Source of the DNA: an uncultured Planctomycetia bacterium
GTDB lineage: Bacteria > Omnitrophota > Gorgyraeia > Duberdicusellales > 4484-171
NCBI GenBank assembly: GCA_964455875.1
Contig: CAYVYZ010000002.1
Location: 655 to 64,654 of the forward strand
DNA length: 64,000 nucleotides
Direction: 5' to 3'
Made by a program: the position numbers and the translations under genes. This document shows positions 1-9,295 of this stretch, piece by piece. A model generated the notes under the pieces. That model had not been told where the DNA came from, searched no databases, and saw only the letters and a program-made list of their open reading frames with translations. The first letter of the stretch is position 1; every line of letters starts with the position of its first letter.

Positions 1-917
1 AATTCTTTAGAGCAGTCCCACCCAATGTAATTTCTTCCTTTTTTATAAGCCACTTCCATACGACTATTATGTCCACAATTATGAACCACAACACCATTTG
101 CTATAAAATTATTAAATTCTTCTACTTCCATATTATAAACATCTATTTTTTCCGTTAATTTTTCTATTTTAATAAGTTTGTGGTTATAATTAAACTTATT
201 CCTTGAAATGTTTCCTACCGTGTTTTTATGAACACCAACAATTTTTCCAGATTGTTTATGTTTTTTTCTATAAAAAGCCATTAAAGAATCGTTTTCTTTT
301 AAATCCTTTGCTTCTTTCCAAGTTCCATCTAATAACATTACCTTATGATTTGGTGTAATCACCAATTCTTTTTCATTGTCTAAAGTTATTTTAATAACTT
401 TCGCATTTTTTCTTGTTTTCCTTATATTCCAAGCCTTTCTTAATTTAAGTTCTTTACCATCACAACAATATACGTATGTTTCTTTACCAACCAATGTTTT
501 TATAGGAACGTCTCCCTCAGGAATAGAAATCAGCGTATCTCCGCTAACACAAAAAGGGTCAAAAAACACTTCTCCTCTCTCAGTATAGAAATCTAGCAAC
601 TGTTCCAGTATATCTCTTGGGAACATACTAATAGCTCCTTTCCAACGAACATTCTGGTTTCTGGTGCTATAATCATAAATCTGTAGTGTTGGATTCCTGT
701 GTTCTTGAGATACTTTGTGCTGGCTTCTATCTGTTAAATCAAGTTTCTCACTGTGTTTAACAGGCCACACGCTATCAGGTATTCTACCAAATATGTTCAG
801 CAACCTTATCTTCCCAGCATAAGCGTCTGATTTACCTTTAAGTATCTTCTTCTTTTGCTCAGGGTTTACCTGGATTGGCTTTAAAAAATGTTTCCAGTCT
901 TTCAAGCATTTCACCAC
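1..917 (-). CDS. DNA methyltransferase (N6A/N4C-type), 5'-partial gene running off the window, interrupted by a mini-intein in motif I
   Basis: The minus-strand frame reads ...WKGAISMFPRDILEQLLDFYTERGEVFFDPF|[intein]|CGHNSRMEVAYKKGRNYIGWDCSKE. The DPF-xGxxx / ...A..GR.yIG.. pattern matches the SAM-binding motif I region of amino-methyltransferases. There is no in-frame ATG, so the start is probably GTG/TTG near 905-917 overlapping the 3' end of the upstream cupin gene. Neither the C-terminus nor the DPPY motif is inside the window. Confidence 0.45.
   Translation of the reverse strand, partial: MVKCLKDWKHFLKPIQVNPEQKKKILKGKSDAYAGKIRLLNIFGRIPDSVWPVKHSEKLDLTDRSQHKVSQEHRNPTLQIYDYSTRNQNVRWKGAISMFPRDILEQLLDFYTERGEVFFDPFCVSGDTLISIPEGDVPIKTLVGKETYVYCCDGKELKLRKAWNIRKTRKNAKVIKITLDNEKELVITPNHKVMLLDGTWKEAKDLKENDSLMAFYRKKHKQSGKIVGVHKNTVGNISRNKFNYNHKLIKIEKLTEKIDVYNMEVEEFNNFIANGVVVHNCGHNSRMEVAYKKGRNYIGWDCSKE
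78..551 (-). mobile_element. mini-intein of 158 aa with no homing-endonuclease domain, inserted between DPF and CGHNS of the methyltransferase
   Basis: Block A is CVSGDTLISIPEG. Block B is ELVITPNHKVMLLDGTWKEAKDLKENDSL (the T-x-x-H element). Blocks F/G are VYNMEVEEFNNFIANGVVVHN followed by a +1 Cys. All of this is continuous in one reading frame. Confidence 0.8.
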
Positions 918-1242
918 TTTTAATTATTCTATATGAATCATCGTCTTCGTGATGCGTTGAGAACTCTATGATTTCTGCGTCTGTCACACCACCAAACGAA
1001 TGAACAAGGCCGGGAGGTATATGAATTATTGCTCCTTCATCTAATACTTCATATTTTATTTCTCCATCCTGGACTGTCATCATACCAACCTTACCCTTAT
1101 TAACATAAAACGTTTCGTCTTTCTTTAAATGAAAATGAAGACTGCACATCATTCCTTTCTTAACCACGAGTTTCTTACCACAATACTGTTTGTTAACAAT
1201 CCATTCTTCATATCCCCACGTCTTATCAACCTTTTTTACCAT
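859..1242 (-). CDS. cupin-domain protein resembling the C-terminal domain of mannose-6-phosphate isomerase / GMP
   Basis: WGYEEW...CSLHFHLKKDETFYVNKG...IHIPPGLVHSF...IIEFSTHHEDDDSYRI fits the type-II PMI cupin signature. Confidence 0.6.
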   Translation of the reverse strand: MVKKVDKTWGYEEWIVNKQYCGKKLVVKKGMMCSLHFHLKKDETFYVNKGKVGMMTVQDGEIKYEVLDEGAIIHIPPGLVHSFGGVTDAEIIEFSTHHEDDDSYRIIKSGEMLERLETFFKANPGKP

Positions 1243-1315
1243 TTTAAATCCTCTTCTGTTAAATTAAATTTTTTTCATAATAATAACACACCGCACCTGT
1301 TACAAATGATTTCGT

Positions 1316-3298
1316 TCATTGAAACGGTATTCTCACCTCACATTCTGAACCATCACAATACTTATCAACTAATTCATGGGTGTCTCCTTTCAACCTTACT
1401 TTCTTAATCTTATTAATCTCGTTTTCATATTGTTCCTTCGTTAATGGTATGTAAGGTGCTTGTTTATACCCATGTTCTTTACGTGGTAAAAAACTAACAC
1501 CTTTCAACCTTACTTCGTATAATTCTAATATGTTTTTAATATCCTTCGCTTCTTCTGGTGAAAAATAAGCGGTAACGCTTACTTGGTTGTCTGCCCAATA
1601 AGTCTGAAGTTGTGCAACATTTTCTAGTTGTTCCCAAACACTTACTTGGTCAACACTCCTATCGAAAAACTCTTCTTTAACTGGGAAAGACACCACCATC
1701 GTGTTCTCACTATACTTATCTTTCTCAACTTTATAACCTGCTTCTTTAAGTTGTTTAAGCATAGGACTACCAGACTGAAACCTTATGTTTCTAATATAAT
1801 ACTCTGCCACAGGATAATGAACTCCGGGCGTCACACCAGCTAACAAACTAACAGTTCCGCTTGGTTTAACACTGGTTGTTTTAATTGAGTGTGGTATTCC
1901 AAGCCATTCAGAATATACTCTGTCCCAATACTGAATTTTTTCATATCCTTCTTCACAAGCCTGGAAAAACTTTCTTCTACCAAACTTCTTAAATGCTTGT
2001 GTGATACCACTAATACTACATCCAATACGCCTATTACGATTCATAACCCTATTAGTTAGTGGTTGATGGGTGGGAATAAGGGTTACTGTTTTAGCATACA
2101 TATAAGCGTATTTAAGCGTCTCAATCCATTCTTCCAAAGTCTCGTGTTTTGTAGGATATGTCTCTACTAAACAACATAATTCATATGGTTCTAGTGTTTG
2201 TTCCAAACAGGGATTCCCACCACCAGCACGATAATCTTTGTTATCTGGACGACAATTAATACGCGAATATTTTCTAGCGTTCTCAAGCCACTCATAGCCA
2301 GGTTCTCCATTCTTCGCTGTTCTATTAGCAACATCTGAATAATCCATTCCTATCTCTGCAAAAACACTATTATTACTCGCCCACCTGTGATTATAAATCT
2401 CTTCTTTATGTTTTTCTGGATTTTTTAAATCTAAAAAGGTTGTGTCGTTTGGGTCACCAAACATTATCTCCGCTGAGCGTCTAACGTTTCCAGACACAAC
2501 ACACTTTCCAACCAAGTTAAATATGTCTACAATATCTGCGCTGGTTATCTTTTGGCCTACTCTTCCATAAAGCAACTTTACTATGGATTCATACATTTCT
2601 TTAAGTGGTTCTGGGCCGCTGGCAGTCCCACCAAAACCATTTATGGGACTACCAAGTGGTCTAATACTGCTATAATCAACTTCTGAGGGTAATGCGTTCT
2701 TACCAACAAAAGCATTTAATACTGTTCTTAGTAAACCCACCCAACCTTCTCTCGTATCTGGAACTTTAAAAACATAGGTTTCGTCCACCTTTGGTTGCTG
2801 AATCGTGATTTTACCTGCTCCTTTGGTATCACCACCAACACCAACACCAAGCATGCTCATATCCATTAAAAAACAAAAAGGTTCTGCGAAGTCTGTGGAA
2901 ATGTTTTCTGTGGAAACAAACGCACAATTATTAAGGGCCGCGCCTCCGCGTTCATACACATAGTCTGTACCCATCATCCACAAACCACGACCAGGCGGAG
3001 TGAACTTAAACTCCCACATCAACTCAAACATTCTCTGAGCAGAGTTATTGGCCTTCTTCTGACTCCAAGGCAGCTTATTTTTATAACAATGTCTCTTCTG
3101 AATAGTGAAAACTCCTTCTACTACTCTCCGTAAAGTCTGCCAATACTCTTCTGTCTTACCATTAGGTAAGGGCCTTGCGTAAGTCCTTTTAAAAACCACA
3201 TATCCAAGAGGACCCCATTTAGGTTGCTTCCCTTTAAACTTATTAACAAAATCATTGTTTAACGTAAAAAATATTTTCTTGTCATCCATGTTAACCAA
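1316..3298 (-). CDS. nrdJ: ribonucleotide reductase, class II (adenosylcobalamin-dependent, NrdJ-like)
   Basis: The N-terminus reads FKRTYARPL...EEYWQTLRRVVEG. Other matches are GRGLWMMG, NNCAF and the finger-loop NPCLEQT. The C-terminus has a Cys pair (CDGSEC). At 660 aa the protein carries no intein. Confidence 0.8.
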   Translation of the reverse strand: MVNMDDKKIFFTLNNDFVNKFKGKQPKWGPLGYVVFKRTYARPLPNGKTEEYWQTLRRVVEGVFTIQKRHCYKNKLPWSQKKANNSAQRMFELMWEFKFTPPGRGLWMMGTDYVYERGGAALNNCAFVSTENISTDFAEPFCFLMDMSMLGVGVGGDTKGAGKITIQQPKVDETYVFKVPDTREGWVGLLRTVLNAFVGKNALPSEVDYSSIRPLGSPINGFGGTASGPEPLKEMYESIVKLLYGRVGQKITSADIVDIFNLVGKCVVSGNVRRSAEIMFGDPNDTTFLDLKNPEKHKEEIYNHRWASNNSVFAEIGMDYSDVANRTAKNGEPGYEWLENARKYSRINCRPDNKDYRAGGGNPCLEQTLEPYELCCLVETYPTKHETLEEWIETLKYAYMYAKTVTLIPTHQPLTNRVMNRNRRIGCSISGITQAFKKFGRRKFFQACEEGYEKIQYWDRVYSEWLGIPHSIKTTSVKPSGTVSLLAGVTPGVHYPVAEYYIRNIRFQSGSPMLKQLKEAGYKVEKDKYSENTMVVSFPVKEEFFDRSVDQVSVWEQLENVAQLQTYWADNQVSVTAYFSPEEAKDIKNILELYEVRLKGVSFLPRKEHGYKQAPYIPLTKEQYENEINKIKKVRLKGDTHELVDKYCDGSECEVRIPFQ

Positions 3299-3314
3299 CC
3301 TCGTTTAAAAAATT

Positions 3315-3566
3315 TTATTTCTTCTTACCATACTTTTCTAATAGTAAGACTAGAGCTTTTAGACACTTAACTATTCTATCGATACCAATATTTTTAGCAG
3401 TACCAAGCTTAGTAGATAGTATGATTGATTTAGCATTATACTTTTTTTCATTCAAAAAATCTTGAATGAGTTTCTCAGCGGTCTTCTTCAAGTATTCTCT
3501 TTCATACTTCTGACTAAGAGCAATCCTCTTACTATCTAACTTCTTTTTCTTCTTATTGTCTGGCAT
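3315..3566 (-). CDS. hypothetical small basic protein, possibly helix-turn-helix, that might be a clamp-loader accessory subunit
   Basis: An 83-aa ORF lying directly downstream of the clamp-loader gene. It is K-rich and contains a helix-turn-helix-like AKSIILSTKLGTAKNIGIDRIV segment. Confidence 0.35.
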   Translation of the reverse strand: MPDNKKKKKLDSKRIALSQKYEREYLKKTAEKLIQDFLNEKKYNAKSIILSTKLGTAKNIGIDRIVKCLKALVLLLEKYGKKK

Positions 3567-3576
3567 TTAACTCACC

Positions 3577-4488
3577 TCACAACACCTTCATAATACGACT
3601 AGCAATCGCCGCGAAACATATATTTGGGTCGAAAGATAAACTCATCTCCATCTGCCCGGTTGAAATAATCTCTGTTATCTCTGCTTTTGTTTTCACCGGC
3701 AAATCAGATTTGAAAAACATATCTTCTAAATCAACTAATAATTTATCATAATCTGGATGCCTGTTTGGTATTTCATATCTTATTTTACTCCACTCCTTAG
3801 CTCTTATGAGTTTATAGACTTCCTGAGATATTAGTTCTAACTCTTTCAGTTCCATCATGGTAATCTTCTTATCAGGATTAGAAGATAGTCGTTGTAATGT
3901 GTTAATACTTGTCCTAATATCTCCCTTGCTAATATCGGCAATCATGGTTAATATTAAATCTGTTGTCTTAATATCTTCTTTCTCAACGATAAATTTTAAC
4001 CTGTTTATTAACTCATTCTTATCAGGAGCAGTAAATTCAATTAGTGTAAACCTGCTTTGAATTGGTTCAGGAATTTTATGTAAATAATTACAAGTACATA
4101 GGAACCTTCCATTCCTAACGTATTGCTCCATCATGGCTCTTAAGGCAGCGAAAGCGTTAGCACTCATATAGTCAAACTCTTCAATCCAAATAAGTTTTGG
4201 CTTCCCCCCAACACTACTCTTAGAAGTGATAAAATTATAGACTGTTTCTCTAATAGTATCAACTCCTGTGGTGTCGCTACCATTAATCCTGAGCACATCA
4301 ATAGGTTTCAACATATCAATTATAATCTTAGCACATGTGGTTTTTCCTGTCCCAGGAGGCCCGAAAAACAATAAGTTGGGCATCTCCATAGGCTTCTCAA
4401 TAATGGTTTTCAGAGTAACTAAGTCTTTTACTCCAATCACTTCACTAAAATCTTTCGGCCTGTATTTTTCTATTAATGGTAAACTCAT
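3577..4488 (-). CDS. clamp-loader AAA+ ATPase, RFC small-subunit-like (gp44-like)
   Basis: EKYRPKDFSEVIG, the Walker A sequence FFGPPGTGKTT, a DExx Walker B (IWIEEFD) and the SRC-like sensor QSRFTLIEF. Confidence 0.8.
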   Translation of the reverse strand: MSLPLIEKYRPKDFSEVIGVKDLVTLKTIIEKPMEMPNLLFFGPPGTGKTTCAKIIIDMLKPIDVLRINGSDTTGVDTIRETVYNFITSKSSVGGKPKLIWIEEFDYMSANAFAALRAMMEQYVRNGRFLCTCNYLHKIPEPIQSRFTLIEFTAPDKNELINRLKFIVEKEDIKTTDLILTMIADISKGDIRTSINTLQRLSSNPDKKITMMELKELELISQEVYKLIRAKEWSKIRYEIPNRHPDYDKLLVDLEDMFFKSDLPVKTKAEITEIISTGQMEMSLSFDPNICFAAIASRIMKVL

Positions 4489-4546
4489 TTACACACCCTC
4501 ATATAAAATGTGTGGTAACACACTATTTTTTTTCTTCGGCAATTTT

Positions 4547-5269
4547 TTATTCTTTCATTACTATTGGCGCTATTATACAAATAAATTCCATGCTTCCTTC
4601 TTTCTCAATAGATATTAGTGGAACTCCTGCGCCAATCCTGAACTCAACCACCGTATCTAAAGCATTAAACAACGAAACAAACATAGGACCCACCGTTACT
4701 GAACCCGTTCCTTTACTTTTCAGGGGGTCAAAAGGAACTGTGTTAATAAAGAAATCTGATTCTCCTTTAACACCAACCTCGAAACTAAACACATCTTCTT
4801 CTTTCTTAATATCCACGTGGTTGATTTTGAGAACATCTAAATCACTAATGGTTCTCTGTATCTCCCTACTATCAAATATTATATTCGCACTCGTTTCAAT
4901 CTTTGGCATGTCACCACGATATATTATTTCTTTACAAACGGACTCTGACGCAAGAATAACATATATTTGCCTTCTATCATCAAATAATCTGATTATAAAG
5001 TCCTCTACTTTCTCTATTTCTATGATGTCGTTAAAGCTTTTCAAATACTTTATGAAAGAAGGCGTGTTCTTCACAAATATCTCGCCAATAGGTTCATACT
5101 CTACAAAAGCATCTTTTCCAAGGCTAGTCATAGTCATAGCTACGTTTCCTGGGTCTCTCACAGCAGATTTTAAACCTTCATCAGTAAAATTCAGGTTTAT
5201 AATCATTAATGCGCCATTCAAACTAGCTTTTCTCACAAAATCTTTCAATATGTTTGCTTTAACTTTCAT
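4547..5269 (-). CDS. sliding clamp, PCNA-like
   Basis: About 240 aa, immediately upstream of the clamp loader. The N-terminus MKVKANILKDFVRKASLNG...FVEYEPIGEIFVKN...IKYLKSF is PCNA-like. The start was trimmed to the second Met so that it abuts the upstream gene. Confidence 0.55.
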   Translation of the reverse strand: MKVKANILKDFVRKASLNGALMIINLNFTDEGLKSAVRDPGNVAMTMTSLGKDAFVEYEPIGEIFVKNTPSFIKYLKSFNDIIEIEKVEDFIIRLFDDRRQIYVILASESVCKEIIYRGDMPKIETSANIIFDSREIQRTISDLDVLKINHVDIKKEEDVFSFEVGVKGESDFFINTVPFDPLKSKGTGSVTVGPMFVSLFNALDTVVEFRIGAGVPLISIEKEGSMEFICIIAPIVMKE

Positions 5270-5273
5270 TTTA

Positions 5274-5714
5274 TCATAACTCCTTGGTTTTTTCAACTGC
5301 ACCTTTCATAATCTCAGAACTGCTTCTCACCTTCTTACCACCGGTTCCCCACACCATCTTAATACCCAACTCATTACATAAATTTATTTCTGGAACATCT
5401 TTCAATGTTCGTCTCTTATCTCCTCCAAGACAAAACACGTCTGGGTGGAAAACCTCTAGCTCTGTGCAAACAGACATATCTTTTGGGTTTTCATCGTGAA
5501 AACTAATTTTTACATCGTCAACATAACGCAACGCTTTCAAAATTTCTTTTCTGTCATTCTCTGACATAAAAACAAACCCCTTCTTCTTCTTAAGCCAGTT
5601 ATCATTATTTAATATGACTAGTAACGTGTCTCCATAATCTCTGGCTTCTTTTAAAAAATTGATATGTCCGACGTGCAAGGGGTCAAAACCTCCTGATACG
5701 GCTACTGTAACCAC
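5274..5714 (-). CDS. cytidylyl/adenylyltransferase-like nucleotidyltransferase (HldE domain II / TagD family)
   Basis: VAVSGGFDPLHVGHINFLKEA (an HxGH motif) followed by DTLLVILNND. Confidence 0.7.
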   Translation of the reverse strand: MVTVAVSGGFDPLHVGHINFLKEARDYGDTLLVILNNDNWLKKKKGFVFMSENDRKEILKALRYVDDVKISFHDENPKDMSVCTELEVFHPDVFCLGGDKRRTLKDVPEINLCNELGIKMVWGTGGKKVRSSSEIMKGAVEKTKEL

Positions 5715-5733
5715 TTTTAATCACCTTTTTTAC

Positions 5734-6024
5734 TTATTCTGCTTTCTTTTCTTCGGTTTTTACGTTAGGAGTCTGTTCTTCTTTTTTCTCTTCTACTTTC
5801 TTTTCTACCGCTTCCAATGTTCTTGGTTCTGCTGTCTTAATCTCAAGCTTAACCGTTTCGGCTTTTTTCTCGATTTCTTTAAGTTTGGTAGAAATAGGTT
5901 GAATGTTTTTTTCAATCATATTAACCCTTTCATCTATATATTTTGCGTAATTAATTAATTCGTTTATCTTATCTCTTACCTCTTTTTCCCTTAGTTGTGG
6001 CTCAATTTTTTCTTGTTCTACCAT
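5734..6024 (-). CDS. hypothetical coiled-coil protein
   Basis: A 96-aa ORF rich in K/E heptads. Confidence 0.4.
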   Translation of the reverse strand: MVEQEKIEPQLREKEVRDKINELINYAKYIDERVNMIEKNIQPISTKLKEIEKKAETVKLEIKTAEPRTLEAVEKKVEEKKEEQTPNVKTEEKKAE

Positions 6025-6056
6025 TTTCCCACCTTCCTTATTTTATAATCTTCTAA

Positions 6057-6260
6057 CTACCTTACCTTTTCTTTAAATATTATTCTTCCATTAGTTAAAT
6101 CTTTAATAACAAAATATTCGTCGTTTTCCCAATAAAAAGCTATTTTACCGCGTTTTTCCCTATCCAGAAATCTGGAAGACACCTCTCTAAATCCAGGTAA
6201 CCACACACCAACATAATTAATAAAATCTTCTCTACTAGCACACCTTCTTTCAGTTACCAT
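6057..6260 (-). CDS. hypothetical protein
   Basis: A 67-aa ORF in the co-oriented gene string. Confidence 0.35.
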   Translation of the reverse strand: MVTERRCASREDFINYVGVWLPGFREVSSRFLDREKRGKIAFYWENDEYFVIKDLTNGRIIFKEKVR

Positions 6261-6275
6261 TTTAAAAATATGTGG

Positions 6276-6419
6276 TTATTTTTCTAAATAACAAGTATAA
6301 CTACAGTAATCTAACACATACTCTTTGCCATTCTTAATCGCTGTTTTTCCCTTTGGTGGTTTGCTTTTATAAAAAAGTGTTCCACAAACCCTACACACAC
6401 AGTTTGGTTCTCGTTTCAT
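6276..6419 (-). CDS. small zinc-ribbon protein (47 aa)
   Basis: MKREPNCVCRVCG...DYCSYTC. The ATG overlaps the radA stop in an ATGA overlap. The ORF is below the track cutoff, so I translated it by hand. Confidence 0.35.
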   Translation of the reverse strand: MKREPNCVCRVCGTLFYKSKPPKGKTAIKNGKEYVLDYCSYTCYLEK

Positions 6420-7357
6420 TTTACATTCACGAATCCTTCTTTTTTAATAAAGAAATTACACTCATTGCTCGGTAAATTAGGACTATCCACTAGTTTAGCA
6501 TAAATACTTCCTCCTTTTCCAGGCCTCACGTATATTCTGAACGCGCTGTTATGACCAACTATATGACCTCCTACCGGTGTGGTGGGGTCTCCATAAAACT
6601 GAGCTGGATTGGCATGCACTTGATTAGTCACAAGCACAACCAAGTTATATAAATCAGCTATTTTAAGTAATTGGTGCATGTGCTTATTAAGTTTCTGCTG
6701 TCTCTCAGCCAGTGTGCCTCGCCCTACAAACTCTGACCTGAAATGAGAAGTAAGAGAGTCAATCACAAGAATCCTATAATTCTCACCATTCTTTTGCAAC
6801 ATCTTCTCAATCTCTTCCACTAACAGTATCTGGTGGTCAGAGTTATAAGCTCTGCTAACATAAATTCTGTTCATCGCATCATCAAAATCTAAGCCGTTTG
6901 CCTCAGCAAAATCTTTTATTCTGTCTGGTCTGAAGGTATTTTCGGTATCTAAGAAGATTGCCTTATTATCTTTGTTCTCAATTAATGCTCTTACAACAAG
7001 CAAGTGAGCTAACTGGGTTTTACCGGACCCGAACTGTCCATATACTTCGGTTATTACACCAGATTCAAAACCACCTTCCAACATACCGTCGAAATCGGAG
7101 CAGCCTGTTCCGATTTTCCGGATTTTGTCTCTGCGTTTTGCGAACTCTTTGGCTTTTTCAAAACCAAGCTTCAAGTTCTCCCTTGCTTGTTGTATGAGCT
7201 TTCTCGCGACGGATTCACTAATCCCTGCGATTGTGCTAACCTCAACAGGAGTTGTAACTGCTAATGACATCAATGTAGATATACCTGCGCTTTCCAGTTT
7301 TTCAATTGTGGTAGGACCCGCACCTTTTAATATTGATAATTCTGATTTTTTTGTCAT
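6416..7357 (-). CDS. radA: RadA/Rad51-family recombinase (archaeal/eukaryotic type)
   Basis: The N-terminal HhH domain reads GPTTIEKLESAGISTL...GISESVARKL. Walker A is GQFGSGKTQLAHLL, and LVIDSLTSHFR and VVLVTNQV are also present. Confidence 0.85.
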   Translation of the reverse strand: MTKKSELSILKGAGPTTIEKLESAGISTLMSLAVTTPVEVSTIAGISESVARKLIQQARENLKLGFEKAKEFAKRRDKIRKIGTGCSDFDGMLEGGFESGVITEVYGQFGSGKTQLAHLLVVRALIENKDNKAIFLDTENTFRPDRIKDFAEANGLDFDDAMNRIYVSRAYNSDHQILLVEEIEKMLQKNGENYRILVIDSLTSHFRSEFVGRGTLAERQQKLNKHMHQLLKIADLYNLVVLVTNQVHANPAQFYGDPTTPVGGHIVGHNSAFRIYVRPGKGGSIYAKLVDSPNLPSNECNFFIKKEGFVNVK

Positions 7358-7374
7358 TTTAAAAAAATGAATAC

Positions 7375-7420
7375 CCCACCAACAAAGACGTCCTTTGCTG
7401 GTTTTTTATGGGGTAGCGGC
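7375..7420. other. GC-rich extended hairpin, with further hairpins up to position 7500, in a 150-nt intergenic spacer
   Basis: ccccaccaacaaag-acgtc-ctttgctgg folds into a stem, followed by ttttttatgggg that closes an outer stem with the leading cccca. Further stems (gaatg...cattc) follow downstream. Confidence 0.35.
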
Positions 7421-7520
7421 AACATGGCCTTGCAATTTTTCTCCTTGCCATCATGTTGAATGACGCACATGGCATTCGTTCATCTTTCCAACATGATTAT
7501 CATTGATTATTCAATGAATA

Positions 7521-7865
7521 TTAATCTGTTCCTTTACTAATATCTTCAAGTATTTTAAGAGCTTCTTCAATAGTTTTTAATTTAGCGTCGAACATCCGTT
7601 CTTTATCAGACTGTCTTTCTTTAAGATTGGCTACTTTCTTCTCGGCTTTTTCCAACTCCCAGTCTAAATTCCTCTTCTCCCGGTCACATTCATCCTGATA
7701 TGCTTGTTTCTTGTCTTCAATAGAACTTCTTAAAGAGTCAACGGCTTGCTCGGCTTTCCTTATCTCATCAGCAAGTTGGAACTTAGCTGTCATTATATCC
7801 AGCTTCTTTGTAATTAATCTTTCTACAATACTATATCTACTTTGGCTTTCTCCCATAATAATCAC
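7521..7865 (-). CDS. hypothetical coiled-coil protein
   Basis: 114 aa, charged and heptad-rich. Confidence 0.4.
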   Translation of the reverse strand: MIIMGESQSRYSIVERLITKKLDIMTAKFQLADEIRKAEQAVDSLRSSIEDKKQAYQDECDREKRNLDWELEKAEKKVANLKERQSDKERMFDAKLKTIEEALKILEDISKGTD

Positions 7866-7866
7866 C

Positions 7867-8994
7867 TCATTGAATAGGGAAATCTTCTTCTAATAATTTA
7901 TCATACTTCTTATAACAACCATAAAGCTCTTTGCTAAGCCTATCGAATTCTTCTTGATTAAGTGAATATTCGGCAATGTATTTAAGTAAAACATTAAAGC
8001 TCCTATCATATCTCATCAAGGACTTTGGAAACTTAATAATATTTCTATCAACTTCATACTTAATACTTGTCAACGGGTTTTCCCTGAAATAATTAATCGT
8101 GGCTATTACATCCTTATAAGTATCTGCTTTTAAATTCACTATTCTTTCTACGTCAATCACTTTATCAAAACGAGTTGTTAATCTTCCTTCAAACACAAAA
8201 GGAATAAATCTGTTAGTGACTGCTTTTGTGAACATCTGGTCAAAATACTCTTGTGCTTTACCAGTATAATAACTTGGAAGATTATAAAACAACACCAAAC
8301 TTAACTTACTAATATCATATTGTTCTTGGGTTGTGTTCGTCTTTCTACTTCTTTTAGTATAAGTGTTAAAATAGGCGCCTGTTGCTAACAAGAACTCTTG
8401 CATCTGTATCTTCTCATCCTTCTTCAAATTACCAAGCTCGTTAAGAATAATAAGTTTATTCCTTAACACATATTCCAGTTTAGCCATAGTTGCCCCATAC
8501 AAGTTAGCCATAGAGTCAACTAAATGACCAATAATATTCATAACGGAGTCCTTGCCAAAACCAGCGTCTGTAGACACCCTGTAATTAACCCTATCTATAA
8601 ACGCCGCTAAAGCTATTATTTTATAAAGTAAGAAATGTAAAGGCTTGGTGTGTGAAAATTGTGGCATTATATCCACCAACTCTCTAAAACTCATCTTCTT
8701 TTCAGCGGGAATCTTGATAGAAGTGATGCCAATAATAAAATTAAATACGTCGTTCTTATAATCTTTTTCTATTGTTTCGGTAACTTTAAAAGGTAGTTGT
8801 TCAACATGTTCATCTAAAGCGAAGTATTGTTTAATTCCTTTCTCCATAAAGAAACCATAAAATTTTTCTCCATTAATAGTTATACACTTCTTCTTACTTA
8901 CAAGATTTTCATCTGTGAAGATGTCGCTATACAACTGATTATTAAAATAAGTTATACAATCGTTGTGAAACATAAACTCATCTTCTTCTTTCAT
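7867..8994 (-). CDS. hypothetical protein
   Basis: 375 aa. No motif was recognised and there is no Walker A. Confidence 0.45.
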   Translation of the reverse strand: MKEEDEFMFHNDCITYFNNQLYSDIFTDENLVSKKKCITINGEKFYGFFMEKGIKQYFALDEHVEQLPFKVTETIEKDYKNDVFNFIIGITSIKIPAEKKMSFRELVDIMPQFSHTKPLHFLLYKIIALAAFIDRVNYRVSTDAGFGKDSVMNIIGHLVDSMANLYGATMAKLEYVLRNKLIILNELGNLKKDEKIQMQEFLLATGAYFNTYTKRSRKTNTTQEQYDISKLSLVLFYNLPSYYTGKAQEYFDQMFTKAVTNRFIPFVFEGRLTTRFDKVIDVERIVNLKADTYKDVIATINYFRENPLTSIKYEVDRNIIKFPKSLMRYDRSFNVLLKYIAEYSLNQEEFDRLSKELYGCYKKYDKLLEEDFPIQ

Positions 8995-9003
8995 CGTCCC
9001 ACC

Positions 9004-9294
9004 TTAGAATAAATATTCTTCGTTTACACCTTTCTTAAAACTTATCTTGTCTTTTGGTTCTTTTGGTTTTAAAAGTTTTTTAATCTCAGAACCGCTTTTG
9101 TGTTTGGTGAAAGACTTTAAAATAGTGGCTTCCCCTTTCAAATCATATCTTATAAGCATGGTAACCCACAAATAACCATATTTGTCTGGTACAGGAATCT
9201 CTGTTTTTGTCTCTTCTGTTGGTTTCTCAATTGGTTTGTTGTTGAGTTTCTTTGGCTTCACTCCTTTTAACAGTTTTTCGTAAGGATTACTCAT
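9004..9294 (-). CDS. hypothetical protein
   Basis: 96 aa. Confidence 0.35.
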   Translation of the reverse strand: MSNPYEKLLKGVKPKKLNNKPIEKPTEETKTEIPVPDKYGYLWVTMLIRYDLKGEATILKSFTKHKSGSEIKKLLKPKEPKDKISFKKGVNEEYLF

Positions 9295-9295
9295 T

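Noticed and set aside
376-588. A plus-strand 70-aa ORF
   Set aside because: It lies antisense within the intein coding region, whose minus-strand frame has all intein blocks intact.
1129-2025. Small ORFs 1129..1407 +, 1628..1843 + and 1840..2025 - overlapping the cupin and RNR genes
   Set aside because: They are embedded in, or antisense to, strongly supported genes and have no independent motif support.
1316-3298. A search for a second intein in the RNR (and in RadA or TerL)
   Set aside because: The RNR (660 aa), RadA (313 aa) and TerL (551 aa) are of normal length. None contains the C/S-x-x-x-DT...HN-C/S/T block pattern.
4476-5279. A plus-strand ORF of 267 aa, and a similar one at 4268..4618
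   Set aside because: They are antisense to the well-supported PCNA-like and clamp-loader genes, they are low-complexity (S/I/F-rich), and every real gene in this half of the window is on the minus strand.
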